Shown piece after piece: positions 25,440-38,275 of a stretch of DNA of 64,000 nt. The stretch comes from Torpedo marmorata (taxonomy: Eukaryota). Position 1 is the first letter of the stretch. Every line of letters begins with the position of its first letter. The stretch spans positions 15,810,001 through 15,874,000 of the forward strand of contig OZ360232.1 of assembly GCA_977017645.1 (NCBI GenBank), read 5' to 3'. Under the pieces are notes generated by a model that was not told where the DNA came from, searched no databases, and saw only the letters and a list, made by a program, of their open reading frames with translations. The translations under genes were made by a program, and so were the position numbers.

Positions 25440-26150
25440 CAACCAAATGACAAATTTGGCTTAAGAAAGATACAGACAAGTGAATAGGCAAGGTCATGGG
25501 AGATGGAAAACAAGGTTATTCATTGAGGGGGAATAATAGAATGATGCAAGTTTTTTTTTGTAAAATGGTGTGCAATGGAAAGGTGATGTTCTGAGAGATC
25601 CAGTTGCTTTTGTACATAAATCAATGTTAAAATGCAGGGTCAACAAGCAATTAGAAAGACAAGCATATCCTGGCCTTTATTGCAATAGGATTCAGGCACA
25701 AGAATAAAAGTTTTGTGCTTCAATTATAGACACTTTGGTGATAACACATCTGGAATATTGTGTCTAGGTCTGATCTCACTGCCCAAGGAGATCACATAAC
25801 AGGAGCAAAGGTTCATCAGATTGTGGCAGTATTATCAATCAAAGAGGGATAGAGCAGTCTGGCCTAAAAAATGTAAAAAAAGTGACCTTATTGAAACATA
25901 TGAAATCCAGTCAAGTATCAACAGGGCAGATGCAGAGTTGATTGATGTTGCCCATGAATCAGGAGTCAACGTCTCTAAATAAGGATAGAATGAAAAGAAT
26001 CTTCTCCACACAGAGCAGTGAATCTTTTCAATTCTGAACCCAACTCAGGTGTGGAGGTTCAATTATTATGTATATTCAAGATGGAGATAAACAGACTTTT
26101 AGACATTAAGAGAATTGAGAGTGTAGGAAAATGGAGCTGAGGTAAAATGT
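25440..26150 (+). mobile_element. Highly decayed CR1-clade fragment
   Basis: Remnant motifs of LAFIAIGF..LQL..TLVITHLEYCV and NLFST..AVNL type. Confidence 0.55.
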
Positions 26151-27329
26151 AATTGAGTGCTGAATGAAAACCAGCCTTTTGAGATTTTTGTACTGGGAAG
26201 CATGCACAAACACTTGTATCTTAATTTGTTGCAAACTCAGCAAAAATAACATCTAAATACAAGACCAGGAGCAGGAATAGGCGAAATGCCTCCTGAAACC
26301 TGCTTCACCATTCAATAAGGTCATAGTCAGCCAATCTAGGCATCAATAACTTTCTCCTGTTGTCTCCGGACCTTTGACTCCTTTATAACTCAAATGTATT
26401 TATTCTGTGTATTGTAAAATATTCCTCAGTTGTCTGCCACACCATTTCGACTGACTGATCCAATCACCTAATTTGTCAGTTCACCTTTGTTAGCTCTGCT
26501 TTCATGGTCCCATAGCTGCCCTTATTCAAGTTTATAAACACTCTGCATTGACCCACACTTTTTTTTTTCCTCTCAAACTGACTGAAACTCAATCACATGG
26601 GGACTGCCAGACATGTTTCACAATGAGGTCATTAATCAATCCTCTCATTAGACAATTCCCCTTTTCTGATTGGCTTTAGAATATGCTCTTCAAAGAGAGG
26701 ATTCCAAAAATCATGACCTTCTCCAGCTATTTCCACACATTTGATGTTTCTTTAAAATTCCCCATGATTATTGTTGGACCTTTGTGATGAGTACCCTTTA
26801 CTTCTTTATACTCTGCCATATTACATTGGTCCTGGTAGTGAGCCTGCACACCACTCCCACAAATTTATTCTTGTCTTTCTTGTTTCTCAGCTACCCTTAA
26901 ACTTCTTCTACCTCCAGAGCTCCTAAACTTAAGTTATCCCCCTCTATCATGCTAAACTATTATTAATAACAGAGCCACGCCTCCACCATTCTTAGCTTCA
27001 TGAGCTTCCTAATTGTAATGTACCTTTCAATAGACAGGTCGCAATCTTTGTCATTCTGCAAGATGTGTCTGGTGTGGCTATCAGATCATGCTTTATTTTA
27101 ATTTCTATTTGTGCTGTCAGTTCATTTCTTGTGTCATATGCAACATGCATTCAGGTTTTGGTTTTGTCCTTTGATTGTTTTTGTAATCTCTTGCTTCATA
27201 TATTTACTTGCACTTAAATTTGTACTCTCTATCTCTTCCTGCCATAAAATATTTACTACATTATTACCCATCTCCCTGCTCTCTCGTTTACCACATCTTC
27301 CCAATGTTGATGAGATTTAAAAAAAAACC

Positions 27330-27500
27330 AGTAGTTGCTGGAAATCTAAAATAATAACAGAAAATGCTAGAAACACTCAGCAGGTCAGGTCACTTTCAGA
27401 AGAGAAACAGAATCAACATTTCAGGTTAGAGACCCTTCATCAGAACTGAAAAGGTGACAAAAGTGGCTTGTATAGCTGCAGGGAGGGTGGAAAGGGGTAT
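27330..27500 (-). mobile_element. Penelope-type terminal fragment with canonical CTGATGA hammerhead core
   Basis: Same terminus family (atgctagaaacactcagcaggtc). Minus strand reads ctgatga agggtctctaacct gaaatgtt (27443-27415). Confidence 0.65.
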
Positions 27501-29037
27501 GTCTCTGATCTATGTAGAATTAGGTCTTTGGTAACCACATGCATCACGACAATGGGATCTTCCCTCTTCGTTTCCACTTCAGTCCAAAGCTGATATCTTG
27601 AACCCTGGCATTAGGCAGGCATCACAACCTTCTGGAATTTAGCACTTTGCCACAGAGAACTGCATCAACTCCCGCGCTATATTGAAACATGTAAAGTATG
27701 CGCAAGATTGCAACGATTACATGGTTGTAAGTTTGGAGCGACGTGGTTGCAATCTTAAATGTACTTTGTATGTTTCAGTGTCATCAAGAACCACATCTGC
27801 ATAAGAACACAAAAATTGTCCGTTTGTCATAATACTTCAATCTTCTGATGTGCCTTTCATTTTAAAAATGACAAGTGTCTTTAATTTCATCTTACTCCAA
27901 GGAACTTTTTGAGAACAGCTAATTGGCATCATTTGGAAGAATGGGGCTGAATAGTGTAAGATAAAATAGATGTGAATGAATGCCAGTTGGCCTAGACAGG
28001 ACTTTCTAGAGTTCTAAATATGGGCCCAGCGATGAAAGGGGAAATTAAAAAAAGGATAAAAACATTATATCCAAGATATAAATGAGCCTATTTTCTTAAT
28101 CTATCACAAAAGTTCTCTTCCAAATCCAAAGGGTTCTACTGGAACCTTCAGAACACAAGCAAACAAACTCAAAGTTCTCAGTGTTTGAAATAAAGCAATT
28201 GCAAAAAAGGAACAGCACATGAATCCTTGCAATAGAAAATATATACCTAGTAGACAAATCAAAATAACAGAACAGAAGAAGTTTCAATCGCTATGAAAAC
28301 TCCAATACATCTTTGGGAAGGTAATTTCTAAAGCCAAAATATCCAAAGAGAAAGTATCTAAAAAAAAAAAGGGATCAGTTATTATAAAGCCTGCAATAAA
28401 ATTGCCACAATGAAAGAGGTCATTACACTTTAGACTAACTGAACAATCTTAAAAATTATTTGGGCAGCTATCAAGTTTGTAGAGTCCCATAACTTGCAAT
28501 CGGATTTAGTAATTTCACACAGAATTTACACTCGAGAATTTAATATTGAATGAAAGGAATAATAAAAACAACTGACACACTGAATAGTTTAAATTACAAT
28601 CAACATAGACACAAATGATGAATCAGGAATCTTTTGCTTTTTCACCATATCCAATGTATAAATCCAACTGCTGTACATCATCAAGCTTGCTTTTTGATTC
28701 AAGATCTCAGATATATCATTTAATTGCCAATATCCATGAAACAAAATCAAAACCTGATGGTATAAATTGTGTCTGAATTATACACATACAGGACTTACAT
28801 TTTTGCATTTGTGGTCATGTTAAAAGAAATGATCTATTATTTTTTTGTTCAGACCAGACCTTTCAAAGTGCTTGTTTTTCCAATCAAACCAAGTTGAAAG
28901 GATTAAAAATGAACAATTAAAAAAAAAAATGTGCATCTAGTGGCAACAAAAACAATATATTACAAAATAGAATTTGGGGAAGACAGTGATTGAAGTTGAC
29001 TGAAGATCAACTGCCATTCAAGGAAGCTCAGAAGGGA

Positions 29038-29287
29038 TGTAATATTACAAAGTTATTCTTTAATTTTAATGAGCTTGCATTCTCCTCAGGTCACCTGACC
29101 TCTCTTCCTCCAATCAGCTTCTAGCTGCTGCCCCGCCCCTTTCTTTTAAATTATAAATGCTGCCTTTAGAATTTGGAATGTGTTGTATGAGCTAAGTAGT
29201 TTTTATTTCTCATTTTCAACTGTAACTATACAATTAAGTTGAGTAAAGCTTGGAAAACAGTCACCAAGTCTTTTCATTCTCACAACA
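29038..29287 (+). promoter_or_regulatory. Candidate 5' LTR of the Gypsy element (3' boundary uncertain, 29232 or 29287)
   Basis: Starts TGTA. CCAAT 29110-29114, GC box 29130-29139, TATAAA 29152-29157, AGTAAA near 29242, ends in CA. Directly precedes gag. No second LTR available to confirm. Confidence 0.5.
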
Positions 29288-29302
29288 ATTTACTCAATTT
29301 AA

Positions 29303-32300
29303 TTGTCAAGCGTGGAGACGGCATGGAGGCCCAAGTACTTAGACATCGACCCCAGCTCACCAACAGCTGCCAAGGAGTGGCGACACTGGCGTACGATTTT
29401 CATGAACTACATCGACGACTATAAGAACAAGATACCGAACAAGTACAGAACACTATTAGGCTGTGTGAGCTGCAACGTTTTCGAATACATAGAAGGATGT
29501 GAAAATTTTGACTCAGCTATATCTAAGTTGGACCGTTTATATGTGAAGACTCCCAATGAGGTTTTTGCCAGACATTTACTGGCTACCAGGCAGCAGAAGC
29601 CAGGAGAATCATTAGATGATTTCTTCAGGGAGTTGGAAAAGTTAAAGAGAAACTGTAATTTTCGAGATCATAGTGCGGAGGAGTGTGGTAACGAGGCAAT
29701 GCGTGACGCATTCATCTCTGGCATTGCCTCACCTGCAATACGCCAGCGTCTCTTAGAAAACAAAACACTGGACTTACAGACTGCTTATAACCAAGCTACT
29801 GCATTAGACGTAGCTCAACGCAATAATGATGCATACGCTACCCCGGCGGCCCATACAGCTGCAGTAGTGAACCCTGAACCACCACAGGTACCACAGGTAT
29901 GTAAGAAGGATTCTTTAGTAGGGCTGCCTGATAAACTTCCAGTTGCTCTTGAGAAACCAGCTGTGGCTGCCACTTGTAATACAAAACGGAAATGTTTCTT
30001 CTGTGGTTTCTCTTACCATTCACGGGATAACTGTCCAGCACGCGAGGCTACTTTTAATAAATGTGTCAAGAAGGGACATTATGCCCGGGTGTGCAAATCC
30101 AAGGCCTCACCAAGCTCAGTGGCAACAGTGGTCAATTCTCATGTACTGGCTACACTTATTAATGTGCCACAAGGACTCGCTCAAGCCGCAACCTTTGTGA
30201 CTATGAATGGTAAAAGGTTAAGAGCTCTGTTGGTTTCATGCAGCACTGATAGTTACATTAGCAAGAAAGTCACGCGGGAACTAAAACTAAAGGCTCACCC
30301 ATCCAGTAAAGACATTACTATGGCTCAGAAAACTTTAAACACTAGTTCCTAAGGATATGTTGTTGTTGACCTAACTCTTAGTCTTAATAGCCAGTCATAC
30401 GCTGCCACACGACGGTGTATTGAAGGATCTATGTTCTGACTTAATACTTGGCCAGGATTTCCAGCGCCAGCATCTGAGTGTGAAATTTCAATACGGAGGA
30501 CCCTTGTCTGAGCTAACTGTGAATGGTGCTGATCATTACTGTGCACTGACAGCAGCAAAAATAGAAGAGCCATCCCTTTTTCCAAACTTATCACCAAGCT
30601 GTAAACCAATTGCTACCAAATCAAGACGCTTTAGCAAAGATGATCAGGACTTCATTGCAGAGGAAATTTACCAATTACTTTCAGAAGGCATAATTGAGAC
30701 GTGCATATCACCATGGCGAGCCCAAGTGGTGGTGGTGAATGATCCTACCCACTGACACAAGAAGCGAATGCGTGTGGATTATTCACAGACAATCAATCAA
30801 TACACGGAATTGGATGCTTACCCCTTACCAAGGATTGACGAAATGGTGAATGAACTTGCAAAATATAATGTGTTCTCTACCTTTGACCTGAAAAGTGCCT
30901 ACCACCAAGTGTCACTGAAGGAGTCAGATAAGAAGTATATGGCTTTTGAAGCCAAGTGACATTTATACCAATTTTGTAGGATTCCATTTGGAGTCACAAA
31001 TGGGGTAGCCGCCTTCCAGCGAGCTATGGACAAGTTAGTTAGAGAAGAAAAACTGCAAGGTGCCTTCCCTTACCTTGATAATATCACTATTGCTGGACAT
31101 ACACAAGAGGGACATGATCAAAATGTAAAGAAATTCCTGAAGACCATCAGTCAGAGGCACCTAACACTTAATAATTCAAAGACTGTGGAGTCTGTGAATT
31201 CCATTAATGTCCTTGGGTACTGTGTGGGGAATGGTATCATTAAGCCAGATCCTGAGAGACTTCACCCACTACAAGAGCTTCCTCCACCAGAAAATTTGCG
31301 ATCCTTAAAAAGGGTACTCGGGATGTTTGCTTATTATGCCAAATGGATTCATGGGTTTTCTAACAAGATTCAACCGATGGTAAATACAGAGAAGTTTCCA
31401 ATGGAGGAAAAGGCCTTGAACGCCTTTAACTTACTAAAGAGAGAGTTGGAGGAAGCCACCCTGCACTCGGTGGATGAAAACTTACCCTTTGAGGTAGAGT
31501 GTGACGCATCTGATGTGGCTATTTCTGCTGTCCTTAACCAAGGAGGACGGCCTGTTGCATTCATGTCAAAGACGCTGCAAGGAAGTGAATTGCACTACCA
31601 CATTGTAGAGAAAGAAGCGACTGCCATCATTGAGGCAGTGCGCAAACGGAGCCACTACCTGGCTCGGCGCCACTTTAGCTTGGTTATTGATCAGAGGTCA
31701 GTGGCCTTTATGTTTGACAGTAAAAAGCGTACAAAGATAAAGAACGCAAAGATTCAAGAATGGAGGCTGGAACTTGCAGCATTTAGTTACACAATAAAGT
31801 ACCGTCCTGGGAAAGAGAATGTGGTTCCTGATGCATTTAGTCAGGCGTACACTTGTTCAGCCTTTACTACCTCCACACTCGCTGACATTCACAACGGACT
31901 TTGTCATCCAGGAATAACTCGGCTGCTGCATTTTGTTAGAGCAAAGAATCTCCCCTTTTCTACAGAAGATGTCAAGAAGACTTGTGCTTTATGTAGGGTC
32001 TGTGATGAACTAAAGCCTCAGTTCTACCACCCACCAGGAGGGACTCTTATCAAAGCAACAAAACCTATGGAATGGCTTAATATTGATTTCAAGGGACCTC
32101 TGCCTACAGCTTCGTGTAACCCATATCTACTTACAGTAGTTGATGAATACTTACTTACAGTAGTTGATGAATACTCGTGTTTCCCCTTTGCCTTTCCATG
32201 TCCCAATATGCATACTACAACAGTGATCAGATGCCTAGATCTGCCATTTAGCCTATGTGGAATGCCAAATTACATACACTCTGATCGAGGCACCACATTT

Positions 32301-32676
32301 CTGTCTAAGGATCTGAAAGATTATCTCTCCCATAAGGGGGTTGCCACAAGTCATACTACCCCATACCACCCAATCGGGAATGGACAGGTAGAGAGGTTCA
32401 ACGGCATCATATGGAAGGCAGTCCGTTTGGCCCTTAGATCATGTAACCTGCCTGAGAAGCACTGAGAACTGGTGCTTCCTGAGGTACTACACTCCCAAAG
32501 ATCGCTGTTGTGTTCAGCAACAAATACTACACCCCATGAACGTTTTTTAACATTCCAACGCCGCTCATCCCATGGAAATTCACTGCCCTCCTGGCTAATG
32601 ACCCCTGGACCCATACTACTAAGAAGGTTTGAGGAGTAACAAGAACAAACCACTTGTAGATCAAGTTGAACTCCTC
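29303..32676 (+). mobile_element. Decayed Ty3/Gypsy LTR retrotransposon (Mag-like), gag-pol pseudogene, 3'-truncated
   Basis: Gag with two CCHC-type knuckles (CFFCG..H....C, KC.KKGHYARVC), degenerate protease (ALLVSCS), RT (SPW, DLKSAYHQ, YLDN), RNase H (CDASD, EKEA), integrase (H..H..C..C, IDFKG, SDRG, VERFN) in Gypsy order. Several stops and frameshifts. Confidence 0.93.
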
Positions 32677-33230
32677 TTTTTTTTTAAAAATTATTTTATT
32701 TAAAATCACAAAATACATAAAATAAAATGAAATTATCAAATACGTGATACATTTTCACCCCCCCTCCCTCCCCTCCCCAACCCTCCCAACCCCACTAATC
32801 TAATAAAATAATAAAAAGAAAGAGAAGAAAGAGAAAAGGATAAAGTAAGGAGAATGTCAATCTAATAAATACATCTATAAACTAATTCTATTATGGAGGT
32901 TAGGTAGCCAGTAGATCCAATGTCCAGAGATCTTCAAATCCTTAAGCCAACAGCTTTCATATAAGGGCTCCATATTTTTAAAAAGAAATGATATTTATTC
33001 CATAAGTTATAAGTAATTTTTTCAAGTGGTACACATGAACGAAGTTCTGCATGCCATCTTTCTAACCCTAAATCGAGATCAGATTTCCAAGTAATAGCAA
33101 TACATTTCTTTGAAACAGCTAAAGCAATTCGCAAAAATTCTATTTGATACATATTTAATTTCATCTTAATACTAAATTTTCTAATATCTCCAAACAAAAA
33201 TATCATAGGATCCATTGGAAATGTAATCTT
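32677..33230 (-). mobile_element. 5'-truncated L1 (family A)
   Basis: ORF 32934..33239 is homologous to 431..649. Poly-T at 32677. Confidence 0.9.
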
Positions 33231-33231
33231 G

Positions 33232-33450
33232 ACCTCCATAATAGAATTAGTTTATAGATTGGCATTCTCCTTACTCTATCTTTTTCTTTCTTTTTTCTTC
33301 TTCTTTTTCTATTTTTATTTTCTATTTTTATTTTTATTAGATTAGTGGGGTTGGGAGGGTTGGGGAGGGGAGGGGAGGCGAAAATGTATCACAAATAACT
33401 TGATAATTTTATTTTATGTATTTTGTGATTTAAAAATTAAAAAAAAAAAA
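33232..33450 (+). mobile_element. L1 family A 3' UTR-only copy, head-to-head with the previous copy
   Basis: cctccataatagaattagtttataga..., G tract, A tail. Homologous to 685-910. Confidence 0.88.
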
Positions 33451-33735
33451 CAAATTTCTCCAATACCTTAAAGATTGCTTTAAAACTGGAATACCTGTGT
33501 CCTAAATGAATGCAAGTCTTCCTGGCATCCTGATCTTTCCTCTTTGCTCAGCAACTCTGCTTCCAACTATTCTAGGTAATCAAACTGAAACAGCTCTGCT
33601 ATTGTGCAACATATCCAATGGAAGAAAGGAACATGTGAGATGTTGTATTTTGGATAGACTAACAAGACTAAGACATAAACATTGAAAGGCAGGCACCAGG
33701 AAGTACTGGGGTAAAAAAGGACCTTAGAGTACAAG

Positions 33736-34922
33736 ATCATGGTATATGTTCATTTAAAAACTTGTTTATAGATTCTAATTTTATTACTTTTGAACAGTTG
33801 GTTAATAAATATAACTTATCTAGAAACAATTATTTTAGATACTTTCAAGTTAGGAATTTTATAAATTCCTTGAGATTGGAGTTTCCTTTAGATTTAAAGT
33901 TAGTAATCATAGAAAAGGTTTTTACTATCACTCCTGATATACCAAAACCATTGTCAGTATTTTATAACCTTTTAAAATAAAATGTGATACAGCATGTGGA
34001 TAAAATAAAGGAGGCTTGGGAAAGAGATTTTTTTAAATTTATTTATTTATTTATTTTTTTTAAAGAAGTTTTTTCACCTTCAGTGTGGTCCAATATTTTG
34101 GACTGTATCCATACCTCTTCATTATGTGTAGTTCACAGAGCTCATTACTTAAAATCTTTACTGGCTAAATTTTCATCAAATATATCATCTATGTGTGATA
34201 GATGTAATGTTCATGAAGGTACATTATTTCACATGTTTTGGTTGTGCCCTAAATTAGTTAGATTTTGGAACAAATTTTTTTGTACTCTTTCTTTGGTTTT
34301 AGCTACTCAATTAGATTCAAATCCATTTATAGCAATATTTGGTATAAATGATCCTAGTAATCATGACCTTACTAATAATCAAAAACATGTGATTGCTTTT
34401 TCTTCTCTGGTTGCAAGGCGACAGATCTTGCTAAAATGGAAGGATGGTAATCCTCCTATCTATGAAGATTAGCTATCAAGTTTAACATTAGAAAAGATGA
34501 GATGTTCAAATATTAAATTAAACCTAAAATTTACTAATATTTGGGGTTCCTTTATCGACTATTATCAGAGTTTATGATTCCTCATGATTTGAAGTTATAT
34601 TATTTCTACAGATCAGTGCAATTCTGTAGTGGGGGTAGGTGGTAGGCTAGTTTAGATTGCTTTAGCTTTTATAAAAAAATGTATTATGATAAAATTACTA
34701 TATTATCTTTTTTTGTGGCTTGGTTCTTTTTATACCTATTGGTATTATACTAAATTGTAAAGAAAAAAAATAAATTGATATATATCTGTAATGTATACTC
34801 TGTTATGGATGGATTAATGGAACATGCGATAATGCTTTTCTTTGCTTTTTTTCTGTAAATGTATATAGTGAATGAACTGTTATATCCATGATTTTATGGA
34901 ATTAATAAAGGGATTTAAAAAG
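33736..34922 (+). mobile_element. 5'-truncated L1-clade LINE (family D) inserted in a CR1 remnant
   Basis: ORFs 33762..33980 and 33984..34472 (FRYFQVR, CDRC...HMFWLCP). Duplication agagtacaag at 33726-33735 / 34923-34932. Confidence 0.87.
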
Positions 34923-35009
34923 AGAGTACAAGTCTGAGGATCCCTGAAAGTGGTAGCACAGGTAGAGAAGATGGTGAAGAAGGCATATGGGATACTTGAG
35001 CAGTCAAAA

Positions 35010-35635
35010 TATTGCTGGAGGAACTCTGGTCTGAACCCTTTATCAAAACAAAGATACAAATAGGTGAAATTACATTCAGAAAGGGTTAAAAAGCTGGAAA
35101 AGGTGATAAAGGACAAAGATGAGAGAGGTGGAGGGACAGGAATAAGTAGAAACCATTAGGAAAGAGGATGGAGAAAGAAAAGTTAGAAAGAAGAAAGTAA
35201 ATATTAAGTACAGGAGTAGATAAAGAGTTGAAAACAGTGGAATCAGATAAGGTTGGGGATTACGTAAAATTAGAAAAGTCAATGTTCATGCCATTTGGTT
35301 TAAGGCTGTTAAGGAATAATGAATGACGTGTTGTTCCTCAAGTTTACATTTGGCCTTGCCCTGACAATGGACGAGGCCAAAAATAGACATGTCATTGTCA
35401 GAATGGTTGGGGGAGTTAAAATAATTGGCCACTGGAAGCTCAAGTTTGGACCCACAAATAGAACATAGGTTTTCGGTGAAGCAGTCACCCAATGTGCATT
35501 TGGTCTCATACTTGTCTTCATTAGCAGGGAATGGACGTTATCAAGGGTTCAGGTCTGAAACGTTGGTTACACATCTTTCCCTCCTATGGACGCTGCGTGA
35601 CTTGCTGAGTTCCTCCAGCATTTTGGTGTTTTTAT
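35010..35635 (-). mobile_element. Penelope-like remnant (GIY-YIG region) with inverted termini
   Basis: ETKCTLGDCFTENL...PVANYFNSPNH...KLEEQHVI on the minus strand. gctggaggaactc at left and gagttcctccagca at right. Confidence 0.78.
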
Positions 35636-37035
35636 TATAAACACTGATCGTGCCACTGCTGGAGTGCTGTGTCAAGTTTTGATGCAATGGAGGCGTTTTG
35701 GTTCTCTGTTACTTCAAAAGTGATAAGAATGCACATTTTCTATTCAAAAGAACTTCAATTATTCAACAATAATGTAGGAGAAAGTTGATCATGAATTTAC
35801 TGAAGGCACTGGTATATCAATGCTGTGAGCTTTATACAGCATACAGAGGCAGACCATTCAATCATGAAGAACAATTAAAACCCAATTCTTCCCCATTAGC
35901 AATGGTTTTGTTTAATATTATAAAAAGCACCAATATCATCCCAAGCAAACTTGGCTAATCTGAAAGATTAAATTTTTAACAGGAAACTGATCTTCGATTA
36001 CAATGTAATTGCCACAAAATGTCAATCTCCCACCCCCTCTCGACGATCTCACTGTCCTCTCTCACTAAAAAGATCAGAATCCTTCTTACACCAGAAGATA
36101 TTGTACAGCAGTGAAATTTGAGCTTTTTTCCTTGAAATTTACTTACCAAAACCTAAAAGCTACATATCTGCCAAAACTTACTAAGAGATGCCAGGAAACC
36201 ATTGTTCAAAAATCACCAAAAGAAGATTGTCTCTCAAACAGAAAACATGCAAGCTTGAATGCAACAAATGATCAGCAACACTCAGAAATCATTTACCAGT
36301 TACCCTAAAGAAATTTTAAAACATGTTAACATTTAAGTACAGGTAAATGAGGTGTTCATAAATATTTATTTCTTAAGTATTATTTGTAATCTGGTGCGTC
36401 AATTTTTAAAATCAGAGTTTAAAGGCACTATTTTCCACGCATCATAAATTATTTGTATTATATGTGGAAATTAGGTTTACATAGTTCACAAATTGGAAGC
36501 TCCAGTGGTGCATCCAACATTGGAATGCTGTTCATTGAGCATAAAAATAAGATTGAAATCTTAGTCTCACGTCAATCAGCATTAGAGTTTCAACAGTTCT
36601 CAGTTGGATGGATCTTTGTACAGGAGTGTGATCAAAGAGGGAAGGAAAAGGTACAAGAAAATTGACGAGTCCTATTATCTTGGGTACTGTTAACTGGATT
36701 ATACCAAACTAATTACAGATAACTCACAATAAAAATGTACCCTGGGCAATGAATTTTAACATTTGAAATGCAAGCTGATGCACTTTATTTTGGAAAAGGA
36801 TCAAGCCTACATAAAGTAATATTCTACCCAGGAGAGCAAGCAAAGGAATCCAAGGGTACAGGTGAACAAATTCATCAAACTCTGCACTACAAGCCAGCAA
36901 AGTAAATTGAAAATATTAACAGAGAACTGGGATTCATCTCTAGGTGTACAGAATTCAACGGCAGTGATACTAAACTTGGTATAGTACTCTGTAAATGTAC
37001 AAATCTTGTGTCCATACATTAAAATGCACATAGCA

Positions 37036-38275
37036 TAGTAAAACTCCAATAATCTGATATCTGACCATTTGGAAATCTCGTTAGTTTGACATATGGCTCA
37101 CCAGGAGTTCAAGGGGAATGCGAGAATTGGGTCCCTGGTGTGTTTCAAAGGAACATGGGAAACATCACAACAATGACAAAACTCTGATAATCGGAAGACC
37201 AGTCAGTACGAATTGGAAACAACGTCTCCTCCTCACTGATTATCAACACAGGCGCACCCCAAGGATGCGTGCTTAGACCACTGGTCTACTCATTATACAC
37301 CCATGACTGTGTGGCCAGGCACAATTCCAATGCTATCTACAAGTTTGCCGATGACACCACAATTGTCGGCAGAATCACAAACGGCAATGAGGAAGCGTAC
37401 AGGAGGGAGATAGATCAGCTCGTTGAATTGAATGATGTAACGACAACAACCTTACGCTCAACGTTAGCAAAACCAAGGAGATGATTGTGGACTTCAGGAG
37501 GAAGACAGGGGAACACGACCCAGTCCTCATCGAGGGCTCAGTAGTGGAGAGGGTCAAGAACTTCAAATTCCTGGGTGTCAACATCTCCGAGGATCTGTCC
37601 TGGAGCCTCCACGTTGATGCAATCACAAAGAAGGCTCGCCAGTGGCTATACTTTGTGAGGTGTCTGAGGAGCTTCGTTATGTCATCGAAGACTCTCGAAA
37701 ACTTCTACAGGTGTACCGTGGAGAGCATTCTGGCTGGTTGCATTACTGCCTGGTATGGAGGCGCCAACTCTCAGGACAAGAGTAAACTCCAGAGGGTTGT
37801 TAACTCGGCCTGTGACATCACAGGCACCAGACTTCACTCCATCGAGGACATCTACATGAGGCAGTGTCTAAAAAAAGCAGCCTCTATCCTCAAAGACCCC
37901 CACCACCCAGGCCATGCCCTCTTCACTCTGCTTCCATCGGGAAAAAGGTACAGGAGACTAAAGACGAGCACTCAACGGCACAAGGACAGCTTCTTCCCCG
38001 CTGCCATCACATTCCTGAATAATCAATGAACCAAAAACACTGCCTTACTTTTCGTGCACTATTATTTTTATTTTTTATAGTAATGTCGTAAGATGGTTAT
38101 AATATGAATGTTAATTGCACTATGATGCTGCCGCAAAACACCGAATTTCATGACTTGTTCATGACAATAAATTCTGATTCTGATAATCTGGCACCCGTTG
38201 CATTTTGATAGTGCTGCACTAGCAAATTTTCAGACGATCAGACTTTCTGAATGTTGGATTTTCAGAGTTTTACTG
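37036..38275. mobile_element. Tc1/mariner (Tigger/pogo-like) MITE interrupted by a Rex1 insertion
   Basis: Imperfect TIRs tagtaaaactcc / cagagttttactg with TA on the right. Confidence 0.55.
37193..38178 (+). mobile_element. 5'-truncated Rex1/Babar LINE, same family as 14359-15848
   Basis: ORFs 37269..37484 and 37481..38029 are near-identical to 14952..15707. Tail attctgattctga. Duplication tctgataatc at 37183-37192 / 38179-38188. Confidence 0.92.

Noticed and set aside
29303-32465. Domesticated gag/pol host gene
   Set aside because: Multiple stops and frameshifts, a mutated protease motif and a damaged zinc knuckle indicate neutral decay.
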